In this document: piece after piece, positions 28,047 to 37,714 of the stretch
How the letters are laid out: each line of letters starts with the position of its first letter
How positions within the stretch are numbered: the stretch's first letter is position 1
Source of the DNA: an uncultured virus (IMG/VR IMGVR_UViG_3300029787_000028)
Lineage: Duplodnaviria > Heunggongvirae > Uroviricota > Caudoviricetes > Crassvirales
Length of the DNA: 64,000 nucleotides
Strand: one strand, 5' to 3'
Virus record (IMG/VR): IMGVR_UViG_3300029787_000028
Coordinates: 1-64,000 of that record
Position numbers and translations under genes: made by a program
The notes under the pieces: generated by a model
Told to the model about the DNA's origin: nothing
Database searches by the model: none
What the model saw: only the letters and a program-made list of their open reading frames with translations

Positions 28047-31000
28047 TGGCAGTAAATAAGATTACACCCCGCGCTCTTGACAAGAGTACGGACTATAAGC
28101 TGGTGCCCTCAACAGCATTCATTGATGCTGTAAACGTCGTTATGACGGATGAGGAGGCCACTGAAGGGTTTGAGTACGGAGACGTAGGAGTAATTAAAAA
28201 CTTGCGAGGAACGAGTGCCTTAGGGTTTCACACAGAAAAAGATGTGATTGCTGAGGGGGATTTCAAAATCATTGGCAGCACCACAGATCACAAGCTCAAG
28301 CTGATTTACTTCTTTGTGTATCATGAAGATATGAGTCAACAGGGTGTGTGGGTATATGACCCATATGGTCGCCTATCGTTGCCTGTAAAGTATGCTCAGT
28401 ACTACAAAGACACCAATGGTATAGCAGATCTTACCCTGACAGACATTGATCCTTACAGACAGGGTGCAATCAAGTGTGTCGCAAAGGGTGACTTCTTCAA
28501 CTTCAATCAGCACTCTGTTGTCCAGGGTAGTGTTATCTATGGAAACACGCTGAACCTGCCATCTTTGGTTGCTGAGTCTTTGAGGGGTGAGAACAACAGC
28601 TTTACCGTTAAGGTTTCAGACAAGCAAACTTTTGAAAAGGATTTTCATCTTTACTTCACTGACAACAACAATGAGCCTAAGAAGCTGAATGTAGCGCCAA
28701 GTATGTTTGGCAGATATTTGGCCGCATCATCTGACGCAACATACGAAGTTCAATTTGTTTCTGATGAAGGAGGATACTTTTCTGTGCCAGCAAACAGTTC
28801 TTCAGACATAGAGAAGATCAAGTTTTGTCATGCCTGCAAGCCAGCACCGCTGTCAAGACCAACGTTTGATTGGATCGAGGACACATCAAGCAGAGCAAAC
28901 AACTTTGAAAAAAGCGAAGGTTTCAAGTTTGCATACCAGGTTGTGTATAACGATGGAAGCACGTCAGCAATCTCTCCAAAATCACAGATAGCTGTTACTC
29001 CTAGCTTGTTGTTTCAGGGGGCTAACAAGAACCCTGATCATGCGCTTTACAATGTCTGTCAAATATTCATCTCATCAGAGATATTCTCAGGCAACTGGAC
29101 AGGAGTAAAGCAAGTTAACATCCTTGCCCAAGAAGGCATTGGTCCTTACAAAGTTATTCACGAGGCTAAACAGATTAGTGGTGACGTTGTGTTCAATTTT
29201 AAGAACGACGTTGTTGGCATTCCTGTTTCAGAAAAAGAAGAGAACAAATTCTTTGACAGTGTACCTCAAAAGGCTGAGGCTCAGGCTGTAGTGGACAACA
29301 GACTGATGTATGGGAACTATGTGGAAGGGTATCCTAACGAGGTTATTGAGGCTGAACTAACCGTTGAATATGCTGAAAGAGGTAGTGAAAACTTTGGCTC
29401 TCCCATAAAGTTTGAAAAATCAATCATATCTGACACTCACGACACAAGTAACGAAGGTGATGTTGTTCAAAAAATGTCTGGCTTTAGGATTACGATAGAA
29501 GACAATGATTTCCCTGAACTAGAAGTTAATGACACTATAAAGCTTTCGCTGTCATTTTTGCCTACCAATAATTTTCACTTATATAACGCTACAAACTCGT
29601 ATCATCAGTCAAGACATCTTGGCGTTGAAAATGATGACGGTGACATCGCAAATGGTGAGTTGCAGACTGGACCATACAGTACCTATAATCAGTTTCATCA
29701 GACGCCAGAAGAAGCAGGCGCCTTAAATATAACTCCGCTAGGAAGCCTGGACAGTGATTCCTCTTTTTCAGGAGAAGCACCGTCTTTGTATAAGAGTTCT
29801 TTTAATGCATTCAAAAACAATGGAGGCGTCGCTGACGTTACATGGAAGACAGTAGATTCTACAGGCACTTTGCCATCACCTACAACAGTAGCATTGGGTA
29901 CTTCTGCTGCCAATCCGTTTATCATTCCCGCAGCACCCTTAGAGTTTAGCGTTAGATTACGGTGCATTCAAAGCTCAGATAGCAGCACTCTAAGAGCAGC
30001 TTTTTATGTAATTCTTGATAAGGTTTTTGGGGATAGAGGTTCTTTTGGGTTTGCTGATTATGATAGCCCTTATTTCGAGGTAGCGGAAAAGAATCCTTAT
30101 TCTACGATAAATTGGGATCTGCCTTTGCAGAGTTCTCAACGATTTGAAGAGGGGTCAAACATGACAAAGCTGATCAGTATGGTCAGTAACAATACTTCAG
30201 GATTACCTGGAGGTCCATACGGTCCCAAGTGTAGAGGTGCAGTGATTGCTAAAAAGGGAAGCGCTACGTTTGCCTTGAGAAAAGCAGAAGAAGAGGAGAG
30301 TGCAGCTGATCCTGTGTTTTCTGATGATGTTGCAAATCAAAGATCTAGAGAGTATAAAATTATACTTGACCACATCCCTTCTGAAGGTTTAGAACTTTGG
30401 ACAGCAATTAGAAAATGGATGCCAAGATCTCCGTGGTGGTTTTTGAGTCCATCATTCATGGAGCAAGTTGCATCTGGAGAAGCGTCACTAGATAACTTTT
30501 ATGCGTCAAGCATCTATGACGGGGGCACAAACTATGGGCCATATATTGTTGATACGGAGAATCATGTGTTCCAACAGCAATTAAGTGCGTTTGACTTTAA
30601 TGTTCCAGATCTTGAAGTAAGAGTAGAAAGCGCGTTTTCAAATGTTGGTCACCCAATAAATTCTGGAAGTCTTGAGGGCGCACAGCATTACACCAAAACG
30701 TTTGTGGGGTATGCTAGTAGTTTACCCTCTATCCCTGGCCCCTCACCAGAAGGAACCTCATCTGTTTTTAATTACTTTATTACAAGTCAGTCTCCTGAGC
30801 AGGTTTATGAGCAAAACGGAATTATTCCTGACGGAAGAATATTTAGCTTGATGAGTGGTGAGGGAGGTCCAGGTGGTGATCTTCCTGGGGATAATTTTTC
30901 TGGAAATCATGAACACCCAAGCGAAAGCGATGGAACCAACCCCATCTTAAAGGGTTTAAATTTTGCAAGCTCTGCTTATGGATTTGTGAGTTCGTATTAT

Positions 31001-34000
31001 CCATTTACAGGTTTTGCACCAGAAGGAATTTCCATAACTGGCCCATGGTTTACGGGTCTAATTCACTCTAACAGCTGGATTAGAGATGTTGGGGTTATTT
31101 TTGATCCAACAGAGCAAGATGTTGTTTTGTCTGTTGAGGGAGAATTTCAGAATGGTGGCACAGACTATGGGGGTAGAACAACAATGCCTCTTATCCAAGG
31201 ACCTCCAGGTGGAGTTGTCAGAACAGACACGTCTGCGGCTGTAGTTATATGTAGGGCCAGTGAGTTGTACTCTTACAGATACTCCTCCTTTACTTTTGAC
31301 GAGGACCGCTCTTGGGATCAATACCCAGGACTAAACTTCACCTTTGCTCTCCAAAACAGTTTTTTAAATTTCTTGTCTACACCAACATTTCAATACACAA
31401 TATCAAGTGGTGGTTATGTTGGACAAAATCTGTACAGGAGGTCTTTTAAATCTAGCTCAGATCATGATTTTGGAGTGGTGTTTTATGATGTTCACGGAAG
31501 AAGGTCTTTTGTAAATCCCATTGGATCTGTATACGTAGAAGGTTTTTCATTAAATGAAAGAGGGGAAAGTAAAGGAACAGCGGCAGTAAGCATAAGGCTG
31601 TTAAGCTCTCCTCCATCATGGGCTCAAAAATATCAGATTGTTTATGGTGGAAATAAGTCCATAAGTAACTTTATTCAATACACAACAAACAACGCCTATA
31701 TAGAGCCCACTAACAACATAAGTGAGGAAGATCAAGAAGCGAGTCTATCTCTAGAAAACGGCAAGATATATGTGTCTTTAAATTTGCTACAGTCATCCTC
31801 TATTTCATATGCAAAGGAGTTTGGAGCTAGAGGTGAAGATGGAAGTTTGTCTGTTTACAAATTTACAGAGGGCGACAAGCTTAGAATTATTTCTTACGGC
31901 GACTCTGATACGAGGCAATACCCTAATAACGCAGTTTTTGAGGTTGTTGAATTAAGAAATTTTGACCCACTACAGTCAGAGACAAACCCTCTTGTGGCTA
32001 GTGAGGTTGATCCAGGAGCAGAGCTATTTGGGGATTTTGTAGTCATATCAAACAATGAAGATGCAGAAGGATTTGCATTCTCTGACTTATTGGGTGGTGG
32101 TTCTTTTTGGGATCAAAATGTGGTGTTTGAAATCTTCAGCCCTCAAAAATCTGCAGGAGTAGAATTTCAAGTTTACAGTGAAATTGGAGATGTATACGAT
32201 CTTCAAATCAACCCATATGGGGCACCAACTTATTCTCAAAACCCTGTATTGGTTTATGAGGGGGATGTTTTCTTTAGGCCAACAGCTACAAATTTAAATT
32301 TTCATGAAGACACTCAGTGGACAGACCTGTTGTCAGTAGATACAGACGGAGTTGATGGGGCAACTGATTTTAGTAGCAACTTTCAAAACCTTTTGTTAGA
32401 AAGCCCACGATCAACTGACCTCTTTCCATCAAAAATAAAGGCTATAGGAAGGTCGAACGTTGCTTCCACAAATGCAAAAACTGTAAGAAGAGAGGCTGGA
32501 ATTATCTACTCAGAGAAAAGCAACCCAGAGTCAGACGCATTTAACTATTCTTCTTTCAATGCATCGTTGTTTCCTTTCAAAGACCTTGAAGAAAGGTTTG
32601 GAAACATCAACTTCATAGATGAGCTGGGTGGCAATCTGTTTGTCATACAGCAAGATAGATGCACCAAGGTGCCAGTGTCAGCTACCATACTTGCAAATGT
32701 CGTTGGTCAGGAACAGCTTATTGCATCGAACGATATACTTGGTAAGGAGCAGGTGTTCTCTGTAACAGCTGGGTGTGATAACAACCCTGAATCAGTTGTT
32801 AGGATTGACAACACCTACTACTTTGCTCACAAGAGCTCTGGCAAGGTGTTCCGCTTTGTCGATGGCCAGGGGTTGGAAAACATTTCTGATGTTCAGATGT
32901 CCAGCTACCTTAGGTCGAAGTTTAGAAGAGCAATCGCTCAGTCGTCATCAAACAGCAACAATGACGTAAGGATCGTAGGTGGATATGATCCAGTAAAACA
33001 AGAGTATCTGCTCACTGTGTTGGACCCAGCTGATGTCAGCGAAACAACAAGTGATGAATCTACGAATGTGCAGGGCTGCACAGATCCATCTGCTATCAAC
33101 TACAACTCAGAAGCCAACATCAACGACGGCTCTTGTGTATTTGTTGATCTCAGCGCACCATGCCTTCGTTCTGCTGATGTTGACGACAATGGGTTTGGTC
33201 TTTGTGTATTCCCTGATATCCCACAGGGAGAGATTGATACTCGCACATTTGTTATGGCCAATGTTGGCGACCAAGATCTTGTCCTAGACAATCCTGTTGT
33301 CAATGCCACAAATGCCTTAGGCGCCAATGTTTTTTCAGCAACTCTGGAAAATTACTCAATCCCCCCTAACGGCTTTACCACACTAACGATACAGGCTCTG
33401 AGTAATAGTATAGGAGAAGCCACAGCTCAGGTTGTTGTGCCTAGCCTAAACGGAGAGCAAGAAGGTGGGTGTTTGTCAGGAGTCACCTTTGATGTAAACG
33501 CCAACATCGTCACATCTGTTGATACTACTCCAGAGGAGTTTGTTGATGTTGCTATCTATCTAGGGGGAACCTTGATTGATCAACAGTTTGCGTCTCTTGG
33601 TCAGGGTATATGGAGCGTAACAATTGATCAGAACAGCGTAATACAAGCTGCTTCTAACTCTTTCTCTGGTGTTGGTCCAAGAGCTCTGCTGGAAGCAGAG
33701 ATATCCATTCCCTTATCTACAGCCCCAATCTTAGATTCAGACAAGATTGAAATCTCAGGAACGATAGATAATGTAAATCCTGAGTTGAGATTTAGTCAAG
33801 CACCTGGTGCAGAGTTTTCTGAACTCGTAGAGGAGAAGAAGTTTGAATTTTCAATAGGTGCAAATCAAGTAGGGGGACAGGATCAGCAGATAAGAGTACC
33901 CATTTGCAGTGTTAGCTTCCCTCAGCTTACCAGTGGGATTGATGTGTTTGATGTTGATGAGGCAACGGAAGCTCAAGGTGGAAATCAAGGGGTTTACGAT

Positions 34001-35545
34001 ATAGGCCAGATTACGTTCAAGAAGGAGACGATTATGGAACACTATCGTCTTTCAACTGCGGTTGGGACTCAGGATCAAGAGGAGTTGGTGTTAAATAACC
34101 AAGCATCCTTGAGCTTGATTTCTACACCCATTGAGCAAAGCACTTTCAAGATAGCCAATCTAGATAAAGATCAGAATGGCGTCATATCTTTTGATGACAT
34201 AGACTTTTTGTTTGCCAACATCCCATTCTACAACGCTGCCCTTGATATCAATGGCGATGGCATTGTAGATGAGCAAGACTACTTGTTGGCTCGTGAATAC
34301 GTTGGCCAAATAGTTCCAGACGTAGTTACTGGTGATGGCTTGCCAGATGTTCCAGGCCTCGTTCTTAATCTCAGCTGTTATACATATCAAGACGGAGACG
34401 CTGTCTGGAGGGATCAAACTGAAAATGACTATCACTTCTTGGCGGGCACAGGAGAGACTCCGCTGCCAATCAAGAACAGTGACGGAAGCATTACCGTTGG
34501 GCGTGGACCACTAGCTCAAACACTTGTAGAGGAGTTTGACGAATCGCAACTCAATGATCTTAGGTTTTTTATAAGGCCAGGTGTTGAGTTTGACGATGAT
34601 GGAACTATTACTCGTAGAGACAAGTTCATTCCTGATACAGATCAAAACTATAGCTACGAGTTTATCTTCAGATATACGAAGCAGCCTATGGAGACCATTG
34701 TAGACGTTACTGAAGTTGCCGTTGGTGGAGATGATCTTGGGGATTTTGTAAGTGATACAGGGTTTTACTTCGTCAAGGAGGTAGACATTTTTAGAGGTCA
34801 CGGACAAATCAATTACAATGCCGCTTTTGATGCAGCTGGGTTTGGTACATCACTCCTGGGTGCATCTGGATATCGACCAGGTGAGGCATACTCAACCAAC
34901 CCCGTAGACAACTCATATGCTTGCAGTAAGTTTATAGGATATAATAACTATGCAGGTGGCGGTTGGGGCTTTGGAACGAGATACTCTACCCATGCTGTTG
35001 CAAATGCCTCTAATACAATTTTTACTCCGTATGAGGGACTGTATAGTCACTCTTATTTTGGCCAAGGCGATGGGGCCAGTTCGTTGCAGGGTCAGTATGG
35101 TTCTTTTGGAACGCTTGACTTGGTCATTCCAGGTTACGACTATGGCATTCAAAATGGATATGGTCAAAACTTTAACGGGACGGGGGCAATTCCTTCTGCA
35201 TCATACAGTAACTATACCAACGAGCAAGAGGTTATAAACGTTGTTCAAGTTTCAGTTGATTGCGAGAACAGCATAGCAAAAATGTATGTCAATGGAGTAT
35301 TGAGAGATACAACTACGGACAAGGTTGGAATAGGACTTCCCCACATAAACGATTCTGACCTTAATCCTGAAGTCATTAGTGGTTTGGGACCTGGAAACTT
35401 TTTGATAGGAAAGTCAACTCAAGGGGGCTGGAAAAGCCCAAGAGGTATTGATGTATATATGCTCAGGGTTTATGACGTAGCCCTTAACGACGACACCATC
35501 GAAGAAAACTACCAGTCTTACATTCAACACTACATTCCATCATGA
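28046..35545 (+). CDS. Tail nozzle / stabilisation protein (N-part) fused to adhesin-like C-terminal modules
   Basis: LYFTDNNNEPKKLN, VPQKAEAQ..NRLMYGNY, SFKS..FGVVFYD.HGR, PPSWAQKY, GGYDP..EYLLT; then GCTDP repeat, Ig-like, EF-hand pair, LamG-like end. Confidence 0.75.
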   Translation: MAVNKITPRALDKSTDYKLVPSTAFIDAVNVVMTDEEATEGFEYGDVGVIKNLRGTSALGFHTEKDVIAEGDFKIIGSTTDHKLKLIYFFVYHEDMSQQGVWVYDPYGRLSLPVKYAQYYKDTNGIADLTLTDIDPYRQGAIKCVAKGDFFNFNQHSVVQGSVIYGNTLNLPSLVAESLRGENNSFTVKVSDKQTFEKDFHLYFTDNNNEPKKLNVAPSMFGRYLAASSDATYEVQFVSDEGGYFSVPANSSSDIEKIKFCHACKPAPLSRPTFDWIEDTSSRANNFEKSEGFKFAYQVVYNDGSTSAISPKSQIAVTPSLLFQGANKNPDHALYNVCQIFISSEIFSGNWTGVKQVNILAQEGIGPYKVIHEAKQISGDVVFNFKNDVVGIPVSEKEENKFFDSVPQKAEAQAVVDNRLMYGNYVEGYPNEVIEAELTVEYAERGSENFGSPIKFEKSIISDTHDTSNEGDVVQKMSGFRITIEDNDFPELEVNDTIKLSLSFLPTNNFHLYNATNSYHQSRHLGVENDDGDIANGELQTGPYSTYNQFHQTPEEAGALNITPLGSLDSDSSFSGEAPSLYKSSFNAFKNNGGVADVTWKTVDSTGTLPSPTTVALGTSAANPFIIPAAPLEFSVRLRCIQSSDSSTLRAAFYVILDKVFGDRGSFGFADYDSPYFEVAEKNPYSTINWDLPLQSSQRFEEGSNMTKLISMVSNNTSGLPGGPYGPKCRGAVIAKKGSATFALRKAEEEESAADPVFSDDVANQRSREYKIILDHIPSEGLELWTAIRKWMPRSPWWFLSPSFMEQVASGEASLDNFYASSIYDGGTNYGPYIVDTENHVFQQQLSAFDFNVPDLEVRVESAFSNVGHPINSGSLEGAQHYTKTFVGYASSLPSIPGPSPEGTSSVFNYFITSQSPEQVYEQNGIIPDGRIFSLMSGEGGPGGDLPGDNFSGNHEHPSESDGTNPILKGLNFASSAYGFVSSYYPFTGFAPEGISITGPWFTGLIHSNSWIRDVGVIFDPTEQDVVLSVEGEFQNGGTDYGGRTTMPLIQGPPGGVVRTDTSAAVVICRASELYSYRYSSFTFDEDRSWDQYPGLNFTFALQNSFLNFLSTPTFQYTISSGGYVGQNLYRRSFKSSSDHDFGVVFYDVHGRRSFVNPIGSVYVEGFSLNERGESKGTAAVSIRLLSSPPSWAQKYQIVYGGNKSISNFIQYTTNNAYIEPTNNISEEDQEASLSLENGKIYVSLNLLQSSSISYAKEFGARGEDGSLSVYKFTEGDKLRIISYGDSDTRQYPNNAVFEVVELRNFDPLQSETNPLVASEVDPGAELFGDFVVISNNEDAEGFAFSDLLGGGSFWDQNVVFEIFSPQKSAGVEFQVYSEIGDVYDLQINPYGAPTYSQNPVLVYEGDVFFRPTATNLNFHEDTQWTDLLSVDTDGVDGATDFSSNFQNLLLESPRSTDLFPSKIKAIGRSNVASTNAKTVRREAGIIYSEKSNPESDAFNYSSFNASLFPFKDLEERFGNINFIDELGGNLFVIQQDRCTKVPVSATILANVVGQEQLIASNDILGKEQVFSVTAGCDNNPESVVRIDNTYYFAHKSSGKVFRFVDGQGLENISDVQMSSYLRSKFRRAIAQSSSNSNNDVRIVGGYDPVKQEYLLTVLDPADVSETTSDESTNVQGCTDPSAINYNSEANINDGSCVFVDLSAPCLRSADVDDNGFGLCVFPDIPQGEIDTRTFVMANVGDQDLVLDNPVVNATNALGANVFSATLENYSIPPNGFTTLTIQALSNSIGEATAQVVVPSLNGEQEGGCLSGVTFDVNANIVTSVDTTPEEFVDVAIYLGGTLIDQQFASLGQGIWSVTIDQNSVIQAASNSFSGVGPRALLEAEISIPLSTAPILDSDKIEISGTIDNVNPELRFSQAPGAEFSELVEEKKFEFSIGANQVGGQDQQIRVPICSVSFPQLTSGIDVFDVDEATEAQGGNQGVYDIGQITFKKETIMEHYRLSTAVGTQDQEELVLNNQASLSLISTPIEQSTFKIANLDKDQNGVISFDDIDFLFANIPFYNAALDINGDGIVDEQDYLLAREYVGQIVPDVVTGDGLPDVPGLVLNLSCYTYQDGDAVWRDQTENDYHFLAGTGETPLPIKNSDGSITVGRGPLAQTLVEEFDESQLNDLRFFIRPGVEFDDDGTITRRDKFIPDTDQNYSYEFIFRYTKQPMETIVDVTEVAVGGDDLGDFVSDTGFYFVKEVDIFRGHGQINYNAAFDAAGFGTSLLGASGYRPGEAYSTNPVDNSYACSKFIGYNNYAGGGWGFGTRYSTHAVANASNTIFTPYEGLYSHSYFGQGDGASSLQGQYGSFGTLDLVIPGYDYGIQNGYGQNFNGTGAIPSASYSNYTNEQEVINVVQVSVDCENSIAKMYVNGVLRDTTTDKVGIGLPHINDSDLNPEVISGLGPGNFLIGKSTQGGWKSPRGIDVYMLRVYDVALNDDTIEENYQSYIQHYIPS

Positions 35546-36525
35546 GTCACTTTGAAGGTATAACGCTGGCGTTTTCTCATAGAGATAGGGTGTGGAGGAC
35601 CAGGTACAGCTTCAGCCCAACTTCTTATGGGTATGTAGACAACCTGATGCTGTCCACAAATGGAAGGCACCCTTCATCTTCTGCGCTATCACCTCTGACA
35701 TCGAACTCTTTTTGGTTGCACGATTCAAACGAGGATCGCAACAACTTCTATGGGTTTCAGTACAAGATGGAGGTGGCCTTTGTCTCGAACTACAACCCTA
35801 GTTCCACTAAGATATTCAAGTCAATCTCTGCTGAGTCCAACTCCACTAAGTGGAAGGGCTTTGTTACTACAAATAACAACCCCTTTACAGGAGAGAATAA
35901 CGAAGAGTATCAGGTCAGCTCTTTGCCTGATTTTGTGAGAAAGGAGGGTATCTCATACGCAACCATACTGTCGTCTACAGCCAACTCAACGGCCAACCTT
36001 TCCAGTGCCTTTACAGCGGCAGATGGAATTGCATTTAATATTGATGTTTTACAGCCAGTATTTTCAAATACATTCTTAGAGTGGGATGCAGATATACTCC
36101 AACAGCATGGACAGATTACAGCTGGGGAGGCGTGTTGGGTTGTTGTGCCCACTTCAAACGGTTTGTTTTACATCAAGGGTGACACCTTAGTTGGCATAGA
36201 AGGAAACACACCTTCTGTTGCAGAGGGGTACGCTTATATAAAGAGCTTGAATGCGCAGGACCAGACTGTTAGAATTAGGATGTTTGTGACTGAGTCTGCT
36301 GCTAACAACTATCCATTTGAGTGGATGCAAGACGGTAGTGATAACGACATTATATCAGACCTCGTATGCATTGAGACACCAGCCTTAACGAACGGTGATT
36401 TTATGAGAGGGCAGTACATGAATGTGTACCTCACGAACGATTCAAAGAAGCCTGTTGAATGCTTGGCCTTCAACATAAATTACGAACCCACTAGACTCGA
36501 CCACAGTTTAGGTCAAAATTCATAA
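35542..36525 (+). CDS. Tail nozzle / stabilisation protein (C-part, separate ORF)
   Basis: TLAFS..W.TRYSF.P, NNFYGFQY, NPSSTKIFKSI, MRGQYM; ATGA-coupled. Confidence 0.7.
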   Translation: MSHFEGITLAFSHRDRVWRTRYSFSPTSYGYVDNLMLSTNGRHPSSSALSPLTSNSFWLHDSNEDRNNFYGFQYKMEVAFVSNYNPSSTKIFKSISAESNSTKWKGFVTTNNNPFTGENNEEYQVSSLPDFVRKEGISYATILSSTANSTANLSSAFTAADGIAFNIDVLQPVFSNTFLEWDADILQQHGQITAGEACWVVVPTSNGLFYIKGDTLVGIEGNTPSVAEGYAYIKSLNAQDQTVRIRMFVTESAANNYPFEWMQDGSDNDIISDLVCIETPALTNGDFMRGQYMNVYLTNDSKKPVECLAFNINYEPTRLDHSLGQNS

Positions 36526-36530
36526 ATTTG
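36523..36530 (+). promoter_or_regulatory. -7 element TAAATTTG
   Basis: 5 nt before ATG 36536. Confidence 0.55.
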
Positions 36531-36535
36531 TAGCT

Positions 36536-37714
36536 ATGGCGTACCAGAAAGAAAGAAAATATGGTAATGGTGGAACGGCTGCTACTGCGGCTGAATTAAA
36601 TCTGCAGTCCCTTGGTGTGTCCGCTGGCGGCTCAGCGTTTGGTGGTCTTGCTGGTTTGTTTGGAACAGGTCCAAAAGCTCAACAAGAGTTTATTGATGCC
36701 GCTGGTGTAGCCAGAGACGACATACAGGCTTTCTACGACAAGGCAGGCAGTGGTGGCTACGACCTTGACCTGACCCTTGATCCCGCTTACAATCAGCTGT
36801 ATGAGATGTCCAGAACAAGGACGTCTGCAGACCCGCTGTTGAGACAGGGGGCCACAGCAGTTGATGCTCTGCAGCAGGGAGGAGAGAGAAGTTTGTTGGC
36901 TGGGATAAACCCTACAACCAGAGCTATGGCGCAGGGAGAGCTCAACCTTGGGTTAACAGATCAGCAGAGGGAGATAGCTGGACTTCAAGCCCTGGGTGGC
37001 GCAAGACAAAATCTTTCCACTCAAGAAGCATTGAGCAACAATGCTTTTACAAGGCAGCTTGGATTGAATCAATTGCAGCAAGCTCAAGCGTCTGAAGCCA
37101 CTGCTTTGCAGAATGTGCAAGACATGAAGATGGCTCGTCAAAATGCTCTTGGTCAGTTTGCTGGGGGTCTTGGCTCCCTTGCAACATTGGGGCTGATGGC
37201 TGAACACGGAACAAAAATACCTAAATACATGATGGGCGGTAAATACGAAGATGGGGGCGAGATGAACCCTGGGCTCAAGAAGTTGAAAGAAAATCACCCA
37301 GATGTTTTTGAAAAGATCACTGGCAAAGAGGCGGAGCATGGGATGAAATATCCAGGCGGTGGCATGATGCAATACCAGATGGGGGGTGAGGTGCTTGCTC
37401 AGATCATGGGTGCCAAAGGAGGACAGCCTCCAGTTCAGGGACCACTGCCTGGTGAGCCATCCCACTCAACAAATCCTATCGACATGATCGACAAGGAGGG
37501 TAATAAGGTTGGTGAGGCTATGGGTGGTGAGTTTATCATCAGCGACATCCAAGCAGAAGAGATGATGCAACCATACATGGCTGTCAAAAAAGCCATAGAG
37601 GACGAGGAGAGAGAGCCAACAATGGAAGAACTCATGGACATGTACAAGTCAGTTGATCAAGTGTTAGGACAGCCTCAGTTCCAAGATGAGGGGGCTGCAA
37701 TGCAAATGACATGA
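36536..37714 (+). CDS. Internal virion (ejection) protein 1
   Basis: G/A/Q-rich with hydrophobic Gly-rich segments; repeated KYxxGG motifs; after tail genes. Confidence 0.6.
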   Translation: MAYQKERKYGNGGTAATAAELNLQSLGVSAGGSAFGGLAGLFGTGPKAQQEFIDAAGVARDDIQAFYDKAGSGGYDLDLTLDPAYNQLYEMSRTRTSADPLLRQGATAVDALQQGGERSLLAGINPTTRAMAQGELNLGLTDQQREIAGLQALGGARQNLSTQEALSNNAFTRQLGLNQLQQAQASEATALQNVQDMKMARQNALGQFAGGLGSLATLGLMAEHGTKIPKYMMGGKYEDGGEMNPGLKKLKENHPDVFEKITGKEAEHGMKYPGGGMMQYQMGGEVLAQIMGAKGGQPPVQGPLPGEPSHSTNPIDMIDKEGNKVGEAMGGEFIISDIQAEEMMQPYMAVKKAIEDEEREPTMEELMDMYKSVDQVLGQPQFQDEGAAMQMT

